A DNA stretch of 64,000 nucleotides from an uncultured Candidatus Babeliaceae bacterium (GTDB lineage Bacteria; Babelota; Babeliae; Babelales; Babelaceae), in NCBI GenBank assembly GCA_963704655.1, contig OY969927.1, forward strand, positions 192,001 through 256,000, read 5' to 3'. Below are positions 28,226-37,582 of this stretch, one piece after another (positions within the stretch are counted from its first letter, which is position 1; each line of letters starts with the position of its first letter). Below the pieces are notes generated by a model. The model searched no databases and was not told the origin of the DNA. It saw only the letters and a program-made list of their open reading frames with translations. A program made the position numbers and the translations under genes.

Positions 28226-28267
28226 TGGTGCAAAACGCACTGATTCGACAGGCTCACCACGAGCGGT
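28226..28267. repeat. Family C hairpin abutting a family A palindrome
   Basis: TGGTGCAAAACGCACT-GATTCGACAGGCTCACCACGAGCGG. Confidence 0.65.
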
Positions 28268-28291
28268 CTTTTGTAACATGAGTTTTTTATT

Positions 28292-29638
28292 CTAACCAAT
28301 AATAACCCGTTCTTCAGGGTACTGTAATTCTTTTTTCTCTCGTTGTTTTCTAAATGCTAGCAGTAAGGTAAGCGAGCCAATGCGGCCAATAAACATGGTG
28401 ATAATGATGGTATATTTGCCCGCTGTTGAAAGATAGGGTGTTATCCCTGTAGAAAGTCCAAGGTTTGAAAATGCAGAAAAGGCTTCAAAGCTGATATCAA
28501 TAAATCGCCAGCCCTGTTCAGTTATAAGCAGGCAAAAGATGGTAACCGCTATCCACGTTAAACTCAGCGATAATACTGCCATAGCCTTAAATATCTGTTC
28601 ATTAGGGATAGTGCGTCCTTTAAGTTCAACCATTGATCGTCGACTAATGGTCGCTCGAATTGCAGCAAGAAAAAGAGCAAAGGTTGTTGTTTTGATACCA
28701 CTACCAGTAGATCCAGGTGAGGAACCGATAAATGAGATAATCATAATTAAAAAGAGTGTTGCAAAATGTATCGAAGGGATATCAAACGTAGTAAACCCAG
28801 AACTGCGGCAGGTGATAGCATTAAAAAGAGAGTTTAAAAATGCATAAACAAGACCATTGTCTGAGTTGCCGCGAATGTACTCTAAGTAAAAAAACATTGC
28901 ACTTGCAAAGCTTATAATCAGTATTGTTGTTGAAAGAACCAGTTTTGCATGTAATGACCAATGAAAATGTTTTTCTTCTCTAAGTGACTGAATATAAAAA
29001 ACAAATTCTTGCCAGACGATAAAGCCAAGCCCGCCCATAAATACTAAAACTGCTGTAATCGCAAGTAATGGGATATTGTAGGGCATAATCTTTTGAGTGT
29101 TTTCAAAAAAGCTTAACCCTGTGTTGGTAAAGGCAGAAACAGCATGAAAAAATGAATAAAATAACGCAGTTGAAAATGGGTACTGATTTTTAACAATAAA
29201 AAAAATAATCCCCGTGCCAATTGCTTCAACAATCAACGTCATACTTACGATAAAGAGTAAGAGGTTATGTGATGCGTTCCAGCTTTCAAGTTCGAGCATC
29301 TCGCCCGTTAAATAGCGCGTTGTTAACCGAAGCTCAAAAAATAACGATATCAGAAATATCGTAAGCGTCACAAGACCAAGTCCACCGATTTGCATGAGAA
29401 AAAGTAAAATGCAGTGGCCGGTGAAGGTGAACGAACTTAACGGTACCGTTAAAAGCCCTGTAACAGTGGTTAGCGAGGTCGCTGTAAAAAGGGCATTAAT
29501 AAAGCTTAATTCACCATAATGACTAAAGGGCATCCATAACAACAGCGCTCCAATAAGAGTAATTGCCGTTAGGGCGCAAATGATAATACGTCCAGGAGAA
29601 TAAAAAATGCTTTTTTTTGCTAAAAGATAGTTACGCAT
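28292..29638 (-). CDS. trkH: Ktr/Trk K+ uptake permease
   Basis: FTATS..TVTGL, QIGGLG, SAFTNTG, GSTGSGIKTTT, GLSTGIT and MFIGRIG. Confidence 0.93.
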   Translation of the reverse strand: MRNYLLAKKSIFYSPGRIIICALTAITLIGALLLWMPFSHYGELSFINALFTATSLTTVTGLLTVPLSSFTFTGHCILLFLMQIGGLGLVTLTIFLISLFFELRLTTRYLTGEMLELESWNASHNLLLFIVSMTLIVEAIGTGIIFFIVKNQYPFSTALFYSFFHAVSAFTNTGLSFFENTQKIMPYNIPLLAITAVLVFMGGLGFIVWQEFVFYIQSLREEKHFHWSLHAKLVLSTTILIISFASAMFFYLEYIRGNSDNGLVYAFLNSLFNAITCRSSGFTTFDIPSIHFATLFLIMIISFIGSSPGSTGSGIKTTTFALFLAAIRATISRRSMVELKGRTIPNEQIFKAMAVLSLSLTWIAVTIFCLLITEQGWRFIDISFEAFSAFSNLGLSTGITPYLSTAGKYTIIITMFIGRIGSLTLLLAFRKQREKKELQYPEERVIIG

Positions 29639-29697
29639 ATTTTAGAGTTTACCGTGCAGGGTTACAAAAGGTCAATAGACTTTTTTCTGAATCTCGC

Positions 29698-29762
29698 ACC
29701 CTTCGACTACGCTCAGGGCGAGCGGCCGCTCGTGGTGAGTGAAATCGAACCATTTGAGCGGT
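29698..29762. repeat. Family A inverted dimer
   Basis: CCCTTCGACTACGCTCAGGGCGAGCGG-CCGCTCGTGGTGAGTGAAATCGAACCA. Confidence 0.8.
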
Positions 29763-29763
29763 T

Positions 29764-31101
29764 TCAAAAAGATACCTTAAGCAACGTGTCTAATATGCTT
29801 TGAATATCATCGATTTTGATACGTTCTTGCTTCATTGAATCACGGTGGCGTATGGTAACGGTATTGTCTGTTTCAGAATCAAAATCGATGGTTATACAGA
29901 CCGGTGTTCCGATTTCATCTTGACGACGATAGCGTTTACCGATCGATCCAGAAAGATCGTATTCAACAGAGTAATTTGCATATTTTAGTTTTTTATAAAG
30001 TGCATGAGCTTGTTCATGCTGTTTTTTTGTTAGTGGCAATATCGCAGCAGTAATAGGTGCAACAGCAGGGTGCAAGCGTAATGCTGTACGTGTTTCACCA
30101 TCAACTTCATCTTCATAATAAGCATCAAACAGCAGCGTTAAAAAGAGTCTATCAAGGCCAACAGAGCATTCAACGACATGCGGCGTATACGATTCTTTTG
30201 TTTCTTCGTCATACACTTTTAAATCTTTGCCAGAATGTTGCATATGTTGTGTTAAATCGAAGTCACCACGATGCGCGATTCCTTCAAGCTCTTTCCAACC
30301 AAAGACGAAATTGTATTCGATATCACTGGTGCCACGGGAATAATGGGAAAGCTCGTCTTGAGCATGTTCACGCATGCGTAAACGTTCTGGGGTAATACCA
30401 ATGGTATGCATAAAGCTCATGCGTTGTTTGCGCCAAAAATCATAAAAGTTTGCACTTTCTGTTGGCTTGCAGAACCATTCAAGTTCCATCTGCTCAAACT
30501 CACGCATTCTGAATAAAAACTGTTTTGGCGTAATCTCGTTACGGAATGCCTTACCCTGTTGCGCAATACCAAATGGAATTTTAACGCGCGCGGTAGAAAA
30601 GACATTTTTAAAGTTTACAAAAATAGCCTGTGCTGTTTCTGGGCGTAAATAAGCAGTTGTCGATTGTCCAGTGTTTGCGCCAACTTGCGTAGTAAACATC
30701 AGGTTAAATTCGCGAACTTCTGTCCATTGCTTATTGCCACAGTGTGAACATGGTTTTCCAAGGTCTATGTCATCGGCACGAAAACGGTGTTTACAGACTA
30801 AACAATCGACCATAGGGTCATGGAAATTCGAAATATGACCAGAGGCTTTCCACATCGCTTCTGGGCCAATAAGTGAGCCTTCAAGAAAGACTACTTCTTG
30901 TTCAAGATGTTTTAATGCTTGGCTCCAGAGATTTCTGATATTTTGTTTCATTAAAGAGCCTAATGGGCCGCTGTCATACAAGCCGTTAACGCCGCCATAA
31001 ATTTCAGCGGACTGAAAGATAAAACCACGTCTTTTGCATAAAGATACGAGTTTTTCAAGAGATACAAACTTGTTTGGTTCAGAAGTATTTGACGTTTCCA
31101 T
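29764..31101 (-). CDS. glyQS: Glycine--tRNA ligase (alpha2, eukaryote/archaea-type)
   Basis: LCKRRGF, YLRPETAQ, GKAFRNEITP, GSIGKRYRRQDEIGTP; start set at the ATG after AAGGA, since the upstream ORF extension is repeat-derived. Confidence 0.95.
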   Translation of the reverse strand: METSNTSEPNKFVSLEKLVSLCKRRGFIFQSAEIYGGVNGLYDSGPLGSLMKQNIRNLWSQALKHLEQEVVFLEGSLIGPEAMWKASGHISNFHDPMVDCLVCKHRFRADDIDLGKPCSHCGNKQWTEVREFNLMFTTQVGANTGQSTTAYLRPETAQAIFVNFKNVFSTARVKIPFGIAQQGKAFRNEITPKQFLFRMREFEQMELEWFCKPTESANFYDFWRKQRMSFMHTIGITPERLRMREHAQDELSHYSRGTSDIEYNFVFGWKELEGIAHRGDFDLTQHMQHSGKDLKVYDEETKESYTPHVVECSVGLDRLFLTLLFDAYYEDEVDGETRTALRLHPAVAPITAAILPLTKKQHEQAHALYKKLKYANYSVEYDLSGSIGKRYRRQDEIGTPVCITIDFDSETDNTVTIRHRDSMKQERIKIDDIQSILDTLLKVSF

Positions 31102-31116
31102 AGGGTCCTTATTCGG

Positions 31117-31205
31117 TGTCATCCTGATACTTTCAATAAACTCAGTACTAAAGACTCGCTCATCCTGAGCTTGTCGAAGGGTTAGCGGGTATTCAGGATC
31201 CATCT
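31117..31205. repeat. Family D palindrome split by nested family A sequence
   Basis: TGTCATCCTGA[...CGCTCATCCTGAGCTTGTCGAAGGGTTAGCGGG..]TTCAGGATCCATCT; compare the intact copy at 17652-17682. Confidence 0.75.
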
Positions 31206-31288
31206 ATAATTGTTAGATCACTATTTTATCATATTTTGTTTTTCGGGTACACTTTATGATGTTGTAATCTTAAAAAAAAGGACAAAAA

Positions 31289-32950
31289 ATGAAAAAATTA
31301 CTTATTGGTGTTATCATAGTGTCTGCCGGTTTGGTTTGCTATATCATATATCAGCAACAAAAAGACCGTATATATCATTCAGAAATTTTTGAAAAATTAA
31401 AGTCTCAGGTGAGCTCTTTGCGTGAAGCACAAGAGCAGAGCTCAGAAAGCGGTGCTACTGGAGGTGATGTTAGTAGACGTTGGTCTGATATACAGCCAAA
31501 GGTTAAAGATACCGTTGTACAGGTATGGGTTCAAAAGATAGATTTTAACTGGTTAGAACCGTACAAAACTCCACAACAGGGGCTTGCAACAGGAAGTGGC
31601 TTTTTTATTGATGAAAAGGGCTCTTTTATAACAAACTTTCATGTAATAAATGGTTCGGTTGCCGTTGAAGTGCAGATTCCAAGTATGGGCAAGCAGCGTC
31701 TTGCAGCAAAAGTTATTGCTCTTAATCCAGATCGCGATATTGCTCTTGCGCGTTTAACCGATGAATCACTTGAACGTGTTAAAGAAACACTTGGGTTTAT
31801 CCCGTATTTACGTTTTGGTAACTCAGATTCTGTCCGCAGATCAGACGAGATTATGACACTTGGTTACCCATTGGGACAGCAATCTCTTAAAAGTACCACG
31901 GGTGTTGTCAGTGGCCGTGAGCATATGGATGGTCACTATATGATTCAAATTAGTGCGCCGATTAATCCGGGTAATTCTGGTGGCCCTTCAGTTAACCAGG
32001 ACGGCAAGGTTGTTGGGGTTAATACTTCTGGTTTTGCCGCGGCATCAGCTCAAAATGTTAATTACATTATTCCAAGTAATGAAGTTACTCAGTTTTTAAA
32101 ACATGCAGAACAGATGCATTGCGGTGGCGATGATAATAAAGACATTACTTTTTTGCGTAAACCATTTTTAGGTGTTCATTTTAATCCAGCAAGTGAAAGC
32201 TTAACAACGTTCTTGAAAAATCCGCTTCCAGGTGGTTTATATGTTGTTGAAACCTATAAAAACAGCCCGCTACAAAAAGCAGGCGTTAAAGCTGGTGATA
32301 TGATTTATGATATCGATGGTCATAGATTAGATGTTTTTGGTGAAATGAATGCACCGTGGTGCGAAGACAAAGTATCTATTGTCGATTATGTTTCGCGACT
32401 TATGTTGGGAGATAAGATACATGTTACGGTATATCGTAATGGTAAGCCGGTTAAGCTATCATTTGTTTTTGAACAATGCGAACTTCCTGCAGTTCGTCAA
32501 AAATTCCCGCCGTATGAAAAGATAGATTATGAATTGTTTGGCGGTATGGTCTTTATGGATCTTGCTCTCGATCATATTGCGCATCTTATTCAATCTGCAC
32601 CATATCTTTCAAAATATATGGACTTTAAAAATCAGTTGGAGCCTGCTATAGTTCTTGCACATGTGTTGCCAGATTCTGTTGCATTGCGTTCACATGTATT
32701 AATGCGTGGACAGATTATTAAAGAAATTAATGGCGTTGAAGTTAAAAATCTTGCCGACGTGCGAAGCGCATTAAGAAAAAGCATCGGATCTGATCATGTC
32801 ACGATTAAAACATCAGAAAATATGTTTGTCGCGTTACCATTTAAAAAGATGCTTGAAGATGAAGACAAGCTCTCACGCATGCTGTTTTATACTATAACAC
32901 CATTTGTTCAAGAGCTTATGAAAGACCAGCGTGTACATAATGGTAAATAG
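31289..32950 (+). CDS. HtrA/DegP-family serine protease with PDZ domains, membrane anchored
   Basis: GSGFFID, TNFHV, DIAL and INPGNSGGP; PDZ-like C-terminus. Confidence 0.9.
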   Translation: MKKLLIGVIIVSAGLVCYIIYQQQKDRIYHSEIFEKLKSQVSSLREAQEQSSESGATGGDVSRRWSDIQPKVKDTVVQVWVQKIDFNWLEPYKTPQQGLATGSGFFIDEKGSFITNFHVINGSVAVEVQIPSMGKQRLAAKVIALNPDRDIALARLTDESLERVKETLGFIPYLRFGNSDSVRRSDEIMTLGYPLGQQSLKSTTGVVSGREHMDGHYMIQISAPINPGNSGGPSVNQDGKVVGVNTSGFAAASAQNVNYIIPSNEVTQFLKHAEQMHCGGDDNKDITFLRKPFLGVHFNPASESLTTFLKNPLPGGLYVVETYKNSPLQKAGVKAGDMIYDIDGHRLDVFGEMNAPWCEDKVSIVDYVSRLMLGDKIHVTVYRNGKPVKLSFVFEQCELPAVRQKFPPYEKIDYELFGGMVFMDLALDHIAHLIQSAPYLSKYMDFKNQLEPAIVLAHVLPDSVALRSHVLMRGQIIKEINGVEVKNLADVRSALRKSIGSDHVTIKTSENMFVALPFKKMLEDEDKLSRMLFYTITPFVQELMKDQRVHNGK

Positions 32951-32970
32951 TCTGGTTATTGTAAATAGAG

Positions 32971-33006
32971 CCCGCTCGTGGTGAGCGAAGTCGAATCCAT
33001 AGCGGG
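32971..33006. repeat. Family A palindrome
   Basis: CCCGCTCGTGGTGAGCGAAGTCGAATCCATAGCGGG. Confidence 0.75.
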
Positions 33007-33020
33007 ATAAAGTAATAATT

Positions 33021-33854
33021 ATGGTTAAAACTCGTTTAGATAAAATTGTGGGGCAGCGCTACCCGGCGCTCTCGCGATCTAAAATACAAGAACTTATTAC
33101 ACAAGGTGCCGTTACGGTGAACGGCACCATTATTACCCGATCAAATTTTTTGGTTCTTGATAGTGCAATTATCGAACTTGATACAACTTTTCTTAAATAT
33201 GTTTCTCGCGCAGGCTTAAAGCTAGAATACGCATTACAGTATTTTAACATCTCTGTTAAAGATTTAATCTGCCTTGATGCGGGGTTATCAACCGGCGGGT
33301 TCACAGACTGTTTATTACAGCATGGCGCACATAAAGTTTACGGTGTTGATGTTGGCACTGCGCAGGTTGACCAAAAAATCGCGCAAGACCCCCGCGTGGT
33401 TATCATGGAAAACACCGATATTCGTAATATTATTCCACCAATAGGCGGGAACTCCCCTCATCCGCTCACCCTGAGCGAAGTCGACGTGTCCGGCGAAGCC
33501 TTGGCGAAGACGGAAGGGTCAAAGCGGCTTCCAGAACTAGTTGATATAATCACACTCGATCTTTCATTTATCTCCATAACTAAAGTAATAGAACATGTAG
33601 CTGACTTAATAAAACCGGGCGGGATATTAATTACGCTGATTAAACCGCAATTTGAAGTGGGACGTGAAGCCGCACAAGCTGCATCTGGGGTTATTAAAGA
33701 CAGCGATCTTCAACAGGTCACGGTGCAAAGCGTTATTAAAAGTATAGAATCAGCGGGCTTTGACTATAAAAACCTCACCGAATCACCGATTCTTGGCGGG
33801 TCGGGAAATAAAGAATTTTTAGCATATTGGTGCGCTAAGCGCACTGCTTTGTAA
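33021..33854 (+). CDS. tlyA: TlyA-family rRNA methyltransferase with an in-frame repeat insertion
   Basis: S4 domain, YVSRAGLKL, DAGLSTGGFTDCLLQ, DLSFIS, LIKPQFE and GNKEFL. Confidence 0.95.
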   Translation: MVKTRLDKIVGQRYPALSRSKIQELITQGAVTVNGTIITRSNFLVLDSAIIELDTTFLKYVSRAGLKLEYALQYFNISVKDLICLDAGLSTGGFTDCLLQHGAHKVYGVDVGTAQVDQKIAQDPRVVIMENTDIRNIIPPIGGNSPHPLTLSEVDVSGEALAKTEGSKRLPELVDIITLDLSFISITKVIEHVADLIKPGGILITLIKPQFEVGREAAQAASGVIKDSDLQQVTVQSVIKSIESAGFDYKNLTESPILGGSGNKEFLAYWCAKRTAL

Positions 33855-33881
33855 AAAAATTATAAAATAGTAAGTATATAT

Positions 33882-33972
33882 GCGCCCTACTTCGCTCTTG
33901 AAGAGCTCCGAAGGGCAGGCCTGTAGCTTTCCGGACTTCAAAATAGTGAGTTTTACTCACCATCCGTAGGTT
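33882..33972 (+). pseudogene. Fragmented duplicate of the tRNA-Arg(TCG) 5' half, interrupted by family B and C repeats
   Basis: GCGCC[B]..GCCTGTAGCT..CCGGACTTC[C]..ATCCGTAGGTT matches pieces of 34023-34071. Confidence 0.7.
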
Positions 33973-34022
33973 ATCGAAAAAATAACTTTTATTTGCTAAA
34001 ATTGATACAATATATATTAAAT

Positions 34023-34099
34023 GCGCCTGTAGCTCAATTGGATAGAGTGCCGGACTTCGAATCCGTAGGTTGCAGGTTCGAGCCCTGCCAGGCGCACCA
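34023..34099 (+). tRNA. tRNA-Arg(TCG)
   Basis: GCGCCTG/CAGGCGC acceptor stem, anticodon loop CTTCGAA, GCAGG-TTCGAGC-CCTGC T-arm, CCA. Confidence 0.93.
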
Positions 34100-34182
34100 T
34101 CTTTCGCTTATCCGGGGCTTCCGCCTTGGCAAGCTACAGATGGCAGGCCAGTTTTAAAAAATAAAATATTAGTGAGTAATTC

Positions 34183-34440
34183 ATGATAGAAGAAAGAAAA
34201 CTCAAGATAGCTGAAGCTCTTAAGGACAAGGGCGTGAAATTGCCATGTCCTCGCTGTGGTGGATTAAATTTTGAAGTCGTAGATCAAACGGTGCTATCAA
34301 TTAATGATAATTTAAATGTTATAAAATTAGGTGGTCCGTCTGTACCCGCAGCTTTAGTAGCTTGCTCACATTGTGGATTTATTACATTCCATTCATTGGG
34401 AGTTTTAAATTTAATGCCCAAAGATGAGAATATACAATGA
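34183..34440 (+). CDS. Small zinc-ribbon protein (cassette 1)
   Basis: CPRC...CSHCG. Confidence 0.75.
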   Translation: MIEERKLKIAEALKDKGVKLPCPRCGGLNFEVVDQTVLSINDNLNVIKLGGPSVPAALVACSHCGFITFHSLGVLNLMPKDENIQ

Positions 34441-34721
34441 ATTCCAAAGAGCCTGAAATTCATATTAATACTGCAGGTCCTGCTAACAAAAAAAGTAAGT
34501 TTGATCCTTCTATGCATCCTGGGGTTTTGGGTAAATTTTTTGGTGCTATCGAAAATGCGACTACTAGTATTAGCGGTTTAGTCGTTATTCTATTGATTGT
34601 AATTGCAACTTTAATTACATTTGTAGAAACAAAAGTTGATGCTACTGATTATTGGAAAAGTATTGTGTTGCCGACTGTTACAGCGCTGTTCGGATATCTT
34701 TTTGGAAAGCGTCCTAAGTAA
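34437..34721 (+). CDS. Small two-TM membrane protein (cassette 1)
   Basis: ATGA overlap with the upstream gene; two hydrophobic helices; C-terminal GYLFG. Confidence 0.7.
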   Translation: MNSKEPEIHINTAGPANKKSKFDPSMHPGVLGKFFGAIENATTSISGLVVILLIVIATLITFVETKVDATDYWKSIVLPTVTALFGYLFGKRPK

Positions 34722-34722
34722 A

Positions 34723-34820
34723 TAGATTGCAGGCCTGTCCTCTGTAGCGTGGTGCGTGAAACGCACTATTTCGCGTAAGGGGATTCGAGCCCTGCCAGGC
34801 GCACCATCTTGCGCTTATCC
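34723..34820 (+). repeat. Direct repeat of the tRNA-Arg(TCG) 3' end (attR-like), split by a family B/C repeat
   Basis: TAGATTGCAGG[34734-34783]TTCGAGCCCTGCCAGGCGCACCATCTTGCGCTTATCC vs 34066-34113. Confidence 0.9.
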
Positions 34821-34822
34821 AT

Positions 34823-34872
34823 GCCGCTCACCCTGAGTGTTTTGCGAAAGCAAAATGTTTCGAAGGGCGGGA
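34823..34872. repeat. Family A palindrome variant
   Basis: CCGCTCACCCTGAG-TGTTTTGCGAAAGCAAAATG-TTTCGAAGGG. Confidence 0.75.
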
Positions 34873-34923
34873 CCCATGGTTAGGAATGAAAAATCTAAGT
34901 TCCAAGCCTAAATTCACGAAAAA

Positions 34924-35940
34924 TTGAAGGTCTTTATGGAAAAATTTACTCAAAAAATTATGATTCTATTGGCATCAATTGCCTGTCTTGTATATGCAAC
35001 AGCTGCGCCGTTACATGCAGTGGATGAAGCATCTCTTAAGAGCTTAGAAAGCAACGCTTGGAAACATGCTTATGCGGATCGAAAACATCTAGCGCTTGCA
35101 ATATTCAAAAAAGCAGCGCGTCTTGGTAGTTGGCAAGCTGCACAATTTTTGGCAAATGAGTATAATGAAGAGCATTTATTGAGTGAGTCAGATGCTGACC
35201 ACGCAGGTAAAAAATTTGCCGAATTGGCAAACACTCATGAGAAGCGATTAGATGAAAAATATCCTTTTGTTTCGTCCACACCTGTTAGCAGAAGGCATCT
35301 TCTAGAAGATCGCATTCAAAAATTGAGAGCAATACAGATTGCCCGTATAACACCATGGTACAAGGAGGTCTTGGAAGAATTTCCCAGGGCACAACAGCCA
35401 GAAACAAGTGCATTATATATTTTTAATACACTTGTTGGGTCATCTGATTCGGGCGCTGGAAAATGTAGGCGAGGGCATTTGTTTGAGATAGCCGTACCCC
35501 ACGCTTCTAGAGAAACTTTACAAGAGATATTTAAAAAAATGAAAGAGCGTCATAAGAGGTGGACTGGACATTATTCATCGTCTTTTAAAGATCACATTAA
35601 AGTGAGTCGAAGTGTAATGCGGGGATTGGATTTAGCAGCTAGAAAGAACGATGCTATTGATGAACTTAAAGATGTTTATGGAGGGGCATTTTTTTACCTT
35701 TACTATGATTGGATTTTGGGTCGCGACCAGCTGAGCGATTTTGGAGCAACCCATGATGACTTTGACGAGGAGGACATGGTTTGTGCGTTCCAGGAGTTGT
35801 ATTGTAATTATGCAAAACTAGATAAGCAAGACGCACAAGATACTATGTTTGGTATTTTGGGTTTTTATATGAAAGAAAAAGATCACAGAATTAGTGAACC
35901 TGTTTCAAAGATATTTAAATTTGTTAAAAATGGAATGTGA
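34924..35940 (+). CDS. Secreted hypothetical protein with a Sel1-like helix (cassette 2)
   Basis: Signal peptide; ALAIFKKAARLGSWQAAQFLA. Confidence 0.75.
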   Translation: MKVFMEKFTQKIMILLASIACLVYATAAPLHAVDEASLKSLESNAWKHAYADRKHLALAIFKKAARLGSWQAAQFLANEYNEEHLLSESDADHAGKKFAELANTHEKRLDEKYPFVSSTPVSRRHLLEDRIQKLRAIQIARITPWYKEVLEEFPRAQQPETSALYIFNTLVGSSDSGAGKCRRGHLFEIAVPHASRETLQEIFKKMKERHKRWTGHYSSSFKDHIKVSRSVMRGLDLAARKNDAIDELKDVYGGAFFYLYYDWILGRDQLSDFGATHDDFDEEDMVCAFQELYCNYAKLDKQDAQDTMFGILGFYMKEKDHRISEPVSKIFKFVKNGM

Positions 35941-36010
35941 AATTTCATTATATGCATGCGATACTGAAAAACCCAAAAAGAATTTTTCATAAAAATTGTC
36001 TAATAACAAC

Positions 36011-36083
36011 CAAGTTGATATTATCGTAAGTAAAGTTGCAAAATAGTGCGCGAGCGCACCAGATAGACCGATAAGGCGCACCA
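36011..36083 (+). repeat. Cassette-boundary repeat R1 (arm + family C hairpin + tRNA-like 3' end)
   Basis: CAAGTTGATATTATCGTAAGTAAAGTTGC-AAAATAGTGCGCGAGCGCACC-AGATAGACCGATAAGGCGCACCA; nearly identical to R4. Confidence 0.85.
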
Positions 36084-36118
36084 AGTTTCAAGGACGATTT
36101 TTTATAGGTTAGGGATCG

Positions 36119-36694
36119 ATGATGCAAAACATTTTCATTTTATTAGCGCTTTTGCTATGCGAATTATATTCATACGCACAACCAAATGATCGAGGGGATA
36201 GTTCGTTGCATTTGGCTGTTATGGGAAGTGGGCCAGAAGCAGTAAGAGTTGTTGCAGAATTGATTGATAATGGTGCGGACATTGAAGCGCGAAACAATTT
36301 TGGTCAAACGCCCCTATTTTACGCAAGTTTATTCTGGGAAATGGATGACTCAAAATTACAAATAATTACTAATCTTTTATTAAAGGGGGCATCGTTACAA
36401 ACAAAAATCAAAGATGAAACTTGTTTTGAGGCTCTTAAGAAAGTTTATTTATTTAAGAGCGAAGGGCAAGTTGCGGAGCTTTTATCATTCTTCAATCGAG
36501 GTGAAAAGGATTTACAAATATTTCTCTCTTTTTTAAACGAACAGAAAGAACCAGCAATAAGAAAAGATGCATATAGAGAAATTATATTGAAATATCATCC
36601 TGATAGAGAGGTAAAGTATAGAGAATTACGCAATTTTATAACCCAAAAAATAATTAATTCCTATCGGCAAGCTACAGAGGGCGATCCAGTTTAA
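36119..36694 (+). CDS. Secreted ankyrin-repeat protein with a C-terminal J-domain-like HPD segment (cassette 3)
   Basis: RGDSSLHLAV, GADIEARNNFGQTPLFYA and AYREIILKYHPDR. Confidence 0.85.
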   Translation: MMQNIFILLALLLCELYSYAQPNDRGDSSLHLAVMGSGPEAVRVVAELIDNGADIEARNNFGQTPLFYASLFWEMDDSKLQIITNLLLKGASLQTKIKDETCFEALKKVYLFKSEGQVAELLSFFNRGEKDLQIFLSFLNEQKEPAIRKDAYREIILKYHPDREVKYRELRNFITQKIINSYRQATEGDPV

Positions 36695-36712
36695 CAAACA
36701 GGATGATTTTTT

Positions 36713-37150
36713 ATGTATAAAAGTTACATCTTCGTTCTTGCAATATGCACATTCTCATATTTATTTGCAACGGATCAAACAATTAATTTAAGGCTGCTGC
36801 TTGACGGTAAAGTTCGGGGTGCGAATATGATTGAGGCGATTTGTAAGGCTTCGTCTCACTCCCCATTGGCTGCCGCAGTGAGTGAAAAGAAAACTGTTGC
36901 AGTTGCCATAAGGCTGCGAAACAATGCATTAGATATTCGTTGTTTTGACACAGCCACGCCACCAGAATATATAAGCCTTATTGGAGAATATTGTTCCGCG
37001 TACCGCTCACTTTATCTAAATAAAGATATGATTACGTTGCGCTCATCAAATTTTGATTCAGAGAATCAGCTCGTTATTATTGGTTTAGCAAATAATGGCA
37101 AAGAACTACGCCAAGTTTATTCTGAAGAAAAATATGCTGTTCAAGATTAA
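36713..37150 (+). CDS. Secreted hypothetical protein (cassette 3)
   Basis: Signal peptide; AGGA RBS. Confidence 0.65.
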   Translation: MYKSYIFVLAICTFSYLFATDQTINLRLLLDGKVRGANMIEAICKASSHSPLAAAVSEKKTVAVAIRLRNNALDIRCFDTATPPEYISLIGEYCSAYRSLYLNKDMITLRSSNFDSENQLVIIGLANNGKELRQVYSEEKYAVQD

Positions 37151-37251
37151 TCATTTATTTCTGGGCCCTCTTAATATTCGAACTTCTATAAAATTATTTT
37201 TATAAATCTTGGTAGTATGGGTTATGAATATAACAATTGCCTGATAGCGAA

Positions 37252-37305
37252 CAAGTTGATATTCTTGTAAAAGAAGTTACTAAGATAGCCCGATAGGTAG
37301 CACCA
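37252..37305 (+). repeat. Cassette-boundary repeat R2
   Basis: CAAGTTGATATTCTTGTAAAAGAAGTTACTAAGATAGCCCGATAGGTAGCACCA, followed by a family B palindrome to 37369. Confidence 0.8.
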
Positions 37306-37582
37306 TATTGCGCTCTTTTAGAGCTACCTTCTTGCACTAAAGTTGCAAAGGACAGGCAGATGGCAGGCCATCCTCTTGTTTTCCAATCAAGTTACGAAAA
37401 TTTTGCACGAATAGAGAGGAACCAGGTGTCAGAATGGCAATTTACCTACATGGGGAATATTCTTGAGTACATGCATATTGGAAAATCAACAAATTTTTGT
37501 TCTTTACTCCTTGTTTATATAATCCAATTGTTATAAACTTTATAAGTTCATTTTTGTATAAACCCTTTATTCTAGGTTAAAC

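Noticed and set aside
31102-31203. N-terminal extension MDPEYPLTLRQAQDER of GlyRS in the ORF track
   Set aside because: It is the translation of the family D/A repeat; a better RBS precedes the ATG at 31101.
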